Source: Blastocatellia bacterium (lineage in GTDB: Bacteria; Acidobacteriota; Blastocatellia; UBA7656). Taken from it: a stretch of 64,000 bases of DNA. Below the pieces are notes generated by a model. The model had not been told where the DNA came from, did no database searches, and saw only the letters and a program-made list of their open reading frames with translations. The stretch covers positions 2,484,615 through 2,548,614 of the forward strand of contig CAVSDJ010000007.1 of NCBI GenBank assembly GCA_963726785.1. Reading direction: 5' to 3'. A program made the position numbers and the translations under genes. Positions 60,371 to 64,000 of the stretch are shown piece by piece (positions within the stretch are counted from its first letter, which is position 1; each line of letters opens with the position of its first letter).

Positions 60371-61143
60371 TGCAGATTGAAAGTGAACTCGTCAGTCTCG
60401 CCTACAAACCCTCGAATAGAATAGAGGCCGCAGCCGTGCGCCTCGAAGACGCTACACCGGCAGAGACGCTCGCCTGGGCGTTTGATGAGTTTGGTGATCG
60501 CGCGGGAATTGCCACAGGGTTTGGCGCGGAAGGCATGGCGCTCATCCACATGGCAGTCCAGGTCAATCCGCATCCGAACATATTCTTTCTCGACACCGGC
60601 TTTCTTTTTCCAGAAACATACGAACTGCGCCGCCGCATCGAAGACCGTTACCAGATAGAGATTCGCGCCGTTCAAACTGCCGTCACGCCAGCCTCGCAAG
60701 AAGAGATGTTCGGGCCGAAGCTCTGGTCGCGCGACCCTGACCTCTGCTGCCGAATCAGAAAACTTGAACCGCTGAAAGAAGAGTTGAGCGAACTGAGCGC
60801 GTGGATAACGGCAATCCGGCGCGACCAGACCGCCGCGCGAGCAAGCGCCCGCGCAGTTGAATGGGACGCGCGCTGGCAGCTTGTGAAGGTCAATCCGCTC
60901 ATCCGTTTCAGCAAGCGCGATGTTTGGAGTTACATCTTGAAAAACGATGTGCCTTATAACCCGCTGCACGATGCGGGCTATCCGAGCATCGGCTGCACGC
61001 ACTGCACGCGCGCCGTCGGCGAAGGCGAAGACGAACGCGCAGGTCGCTGGTCTGGTCACGCGAAGACTGAATGCGGGCTTCACAGTGAAGCGCCGAAACT
61101 GAGTGAAAGGCCGAAACTGGTTCCGCTAAAAGTTCAGCTTTGA
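60367..61143 (+). CDS. cysH: (phospho)adenylyl-sulfate reductase
   Basis: LDTGFLFPET, CCRIRK.EPL, GYPSIGCTHCT, RAGRW, ECGLH. Confidence 0.95.
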   Translation: MMQIESELVSLAYKPSNRIEAAAVRLEDATPAETLAWAFDEFGDRAGIATGFGAEGMALIHMAVQVNPHPNIFFLDTGFLFPETYELRRRIEDRYQIEIRAVQTAVTPASQEEMFGPKLWSRDPDLCCRIRKLEPLKEELSELSAWITAIRRDQTAARASARAVEWDARWQLVKVNPLIRFSKRDVWSYILKNDVPYNPLHDAGYPSIGCTHCTRAVGEGEDERAGRWSGHAKTECGLHSEAPKLSERPKLVPLKVQL

Positions 61144-61179
61144 AATTTCAAATTCGATATACGAGGAGACAATCGCAAC

Positions 61180-61767
61180 ATGGGAAGCAAAGGACAGGTA
61201 ATCTGGCTCACGGGTCTTTCGGGCGCGGGCAAAACTACGCTCGCTCGCGCGCTTCGCGGTGAGCTTACAGCTTTGGGGTATCGCGTTGAAACGCTCGACG
61301 GTGACGAGGTGCGCGAGAATTTGAGCCGTGGGCTTACATTCTCGAAAGAAGACCGCGAAACCAACGTCCGTCGCATAGGTTTCGTCGCGCGACTGCTGGC
61401 GCGCAATGGCGTAATAGTGCTCGCCTCAGCCATCTCGCCGTACCGGCAGTCCCGCGACGATGTTCGCCGCTCGGTTGAAAGCGACGGCGCGCAGTTCATT
61501 GAAGTTTTTGTCGGCTGTCCGCTTCAGGTATTGATCGAGCGCGATGTGAAAGGGCTCTACAAAAAAGCGCTCGCGGGCGAGATCGAAAATTTCACAGGCA
61601 TCAGCGACCCTTATGAAGTACCGCTCGCGCCTGATGTTGTGATTGACAGTTCCGCTGAATCGGTTGAAGAGAGCGCCGCGCTAATACTAGAGCGACTGAT
61701 CGAAAGCGGCGCGCTCGCAAACCGACAGACTCAACCAGCGGTTGAGTCTGTCGAAGCGGCGTATTGA
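61180..61767 (+). CDS. cysC: adenylyl-sulfate kinase
   Basis: [34 protein letters not shown]. Confidence 0.96.
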   Translation: MGSKGQVIWLTGLSGAGKTTLARALRGELTALGYRVETLDGDEVRENLSRGLTFSKEDRETNVRRIGFVARLLARNGVIVLASAISPYRQSRDDVRRSVESDGAQFIEVFVGCPLQVLIERDVKGLYKKALAGEIENFTGISDPYEVPLAPDVVIDSSAESVEESAALILERLIESGALANRQTQPAVESVEAAY

Positions 61768-61783
61768 GATTTTGAGGTGAATC

Positions 61784-63403
61784 ATGAATATCGAAGAAGT
61801 CAAAAAACGCAAGGACGGGCTTGATGTAATTCACGACATCTATCGCTATGCGCAGCTTGGGCATAAGGCCGTAACGCCTGATGACGAGGCGCTGTTTCGC
61901 TGGCATGGCATCTATACGCAGAGGCCCGCCGAAGACGGATTTTTCATGGTTCGCCTCCGCATACCGGGCGGCGACCTGACGCCTGAGCAGTTGCGCCTGA
62001 TAGCCGATTTATCCAACGAACACGGGCGCGGGCTTGCTGACATAACAGTGCGGCAAAACATTCAGCTTCATTGGGTGAGAATCGAAAGCCTGCCCGACAT
62101 ACTTGATCGCCTGCGCGATATTGGGCTTTCGACGACCGAAGCTTGCGGCGACTGCGTGCGCAACATAATCAACTGCCCTGTGTCGGGCGCGGACGCACAT
62201 GAGCTTTACGACACGACTCCGCTCCTGCGCGAGATCAATGATTACTTCGTCGGCAACCGCGACTTCTCGAATCTGCCGCGCAAATTCAAAATCGCGGTCA
62301 CAGGCTGTCACGTGCGATGCGTTTATCCTGAGATCAACGACGTAGGCATATTCGCCGTGCGCGACCCGGAAGCGGGAGTCGCATTTCGCGCACGCGTCGG
62401 AGGCGGGCTTTCGACCACGCCGCGATTCTCGAAAGACCTCGGCGTTCTGGTCGGGCCGGATGAAGTAGTCGAGTTGTGCGCCGCAGTCGCATCGGTCTTT
62501 CGCGACGAAGGCAACCGCGCAAACCGCAAGCGCGCGCGATTGAAATTTCTCGTCGAGCAATGGGAGATACCTCGATTCCGCGAAGAGGTCGAAGCGCGAT
62601 TGGGGCGCAAACTTCGCCGCGCAGAAAGCCCGGATGCCGAACCGATAACAGAACGTGATCGCACGCATCTCGGCATACATCAGCAGCGCGAGCGGGGGCT
62701 TAATTACGTCGGCATCTCGATACTTGGCGGTCGAACGTCGGGCGATGAGTTGAAGCGATTGGCCACGCTCGCCGAAGATTATGGCAGCGGTCGCGTGCGA
62801 ACTACGAACACACAAAACATAATCCTGCTTGATGTGCCCGATCAGAAGCTCAGTTCGCTCAGGCAAGAACTTGACCGTAGCCATCTCGATTACAAGCCGA
62901 GTTGGGCGCGTCGCGGGATAATCGCTTGCACGGGCGTTCAATTCTGCAAGCTCGCGCTTGCCGAAACGAAAAATCGCGCGGTCGAGTTGGATGAGTATCT
63001 CGCAAATAATGTCGCTTTAGACGACGGAGTTCGCATCAGCGTCACGGGATGTCCGAACTCTTGCGGCCAACATCACATTTGCGACGTAGGACTTGAGGGG
63101 TCGCTGACGACCATCAACGGCGTGAAGCGAGAGACGTTTCAGGTATTTTTAGGCGGCGGCGTAGGCTTACACGAAACCTTTGGCCGCCGAGTAGGCGCGC
63201 GCATTCCTTCAGATGAACTTGCGGAATCGCTTGCGCGATTGTTTGCGCGGTACAAGGAAGACCATACGCCCGACGAGACATTTCAAGAATACTGTTTGCG
63301 ACACAGCAATGAGGAGTTGGTCTCATATCTGGCTCCGCCCTTAGCCGTAACCGATACTGCGGCAACACAAGCGGAGGCCAAGTCAAATAATCTCTGTAGT
63401 TGA
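61784..63403 (+). CDS. sir: ferredoxin-dependent sulfite (nitrite) reductase
   Basis: GIYTQR, FMVRLRIPGG, NLPRKFK, ACTG..FC, TGCPNSC; position in cys operon. Confidence 0.88.
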   Translation: MNIEEVKKRKDGLDVIHDIYRYAQLGHKAVTPDDEALFRWHGIYTQRPAEDGFFMVRLRIPGGDLTPEQLRLIADLSNEHGRGLADITVRQNIQLHWVRIESLPDILDRLRDIGLSTTEACGDCVRNIINCPVSGADAHELYDTTPLLREINDYFVGNRDFSNLPRKFKIAVTGCHVRCVYPEINDVGIFAVRDPEAGVAFRARVGGGLSTTPRFSKDLGVLVGPDEVVELCAAVASVFRDEGNRANRKRARLKFLVEQWEIPRFREEVEARLGRKLRRAESPDAEPITERDRTHLGIHQQRERGLNYVGISILGGRTSGDELKRLATLAEDYGSGRVRTTNTQNIILLDVPDQKLSSLRQELDRSHLDYKPSWARRGIIACTGVQFCKLALAETKNRAVELDEYLANNVALDDGVRISVTGCPNSCGQHHICDVGLEGSLTTINGVKRETFQVFLGGGVGLHETFGRRVGARIPSDELAESLARLFARYKEDHTPDETFQEYCLRHSNEELVSYLAPPLAVTDTAATQAEAKSNNLCS

Positions 63404-63441
63404 AACTCTGTCAATAGGATTCATCCGTCAGTCTCTCTCCT

Positions 63442-63481
63442 TCAGCTTCGCCCTTTGCAAAGGGCGAAGCTGATTTTTTTT
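63442..63481 (+). terminator. intrinsic terminator after sir
   Basis: TCAGCTTCGCCCTTT..AAAGGGCGAAGCTGA followed by T8. Confidence 0.85.
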
Positions 63482-63485
63482 GTTT

Positions 63486-63551
63486 CAGTAGCCCGACCGT
63501 CAGGGAGGGCGCGAATGAGCACTCACGCCCTCCCTGACGGTCGGGCTACTG
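63486..63551. repeat. REP-like palindrome, copy 2
   Basis: Near-identical arms to 2834-2896. Confidence 0.85.
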
Positions 63552-63779
63552 TTGGGCTAACTCCCTTGCCCTGTATCATTACGTCAAATTGACGCCTGCC
63601 CGTTTATCAAATGATAAAGATTAATTATTTGCCCGCTTCCGGGAATCGTGGTATCCACTATAAGTCTTCAAGAATCTTAGAAGATCAAGATTTACAACGA
63701 AATCATCAAAGCCGCTTCCGTAGGACGAGATGTTGAGTTGCGGAAGCGATGAACTTCAAGGGGCTGCGGATTGAGAGTT

Positions 63780-63914
63780 ATGAATTTGCACTCGGATCAA
63801 ATATTCCGAACGAAGTCAGAGCGCATATCTGTTGTCGCTCTGCATTCTGTGCTCGTTAAATGGCTCATCAATATTATTGTAGTCAGCCTTATTCTGCTCA
63901 ACAGCAGCGGATGA
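63780..63914 (+). CDS. putative Ile/Leu/Val-rich leader peptide (…VLVKWLINIIVVSLILLNSSG)
   Basis: Manual translation; followed by terminator with an overlapping antiterminator; true start uncertain. Confidence 0.55.
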   Translation: MNLHSDQIFRTKSERISVVALHSVLVKWLINIIVVSLILLNSSG

Positions 63915-63938
63915 TGGTGAACACCAAACAAGTTCTCC

Positions 63939-63976
63939 AAAAGGCCATCATCCAAAGCAAGCGATGATGGCCTTTT
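63939..63976 (+). terminator. terminator/attenuator hairpin
   Basis: AAAAGGCCATCATC-N10-GATGATGGCCTTTT. Confidence 0.75.
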
Positions 63977-64000
63977 GAATTTTACGAACAATCGATTTGA

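Noticed and set aside
57669-62941. Long antisense ORFs (57669-58955, 60184-61083, 62009-62941)
   Set aside because: Shadow frames of well-supported genes on the opposite strand.

Overview
Bacterial genomic window, probably from Acidobacteriota (inferred from the TPR-rich secreted proteins, the TPR-fused Ser/Thr kinase and general gene content; not proven). The main feature is a ~23 kb biosynthetic gene cluster (~4.5-27.9 kb) that looks like a terpene-RiPP hybrid. It has two 40-aa paralogous precursor peptides with core SC(S/T)WGANCxx, one of them absent from the ORF track. It also encodes a class II lanthipeptide synthetase (LanM), two putative peptide prenyltransferases, a stand-alone class II terpene cyclase-like protein, a polyprenyl-PP synthase, IPP isomerase, a B12 radical SAM methyltransferase, five Fe(II)/2OG oxygenases, a sulfotransferase-like protein, two peptidases/hydrolases, and an HMA-fused ABC exporter with three small membrane proteins. 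The rest is mostly housekeeping and regulatory genes, with several hidden signals: an AhpD-like selenoprotein (in-frame UGA, CxxU, SECIS-like hairpin), tandem SAM-II-like riboswitches with terminators upstream of a thrC-like/moaD pair, a Cys/Met-rich leader-peptide attenuator upstream of the sulfate-assimilation operon, a probable Ile/Leu/Val attenuator at the right edge, a sigma54 promoter next to a NifA-like activator, and several REP-like palindromes. Three genes carry single-base +1 frameshifts that may be assembly errors. All family assignments come from motif recognition by eye; no database searches were run.
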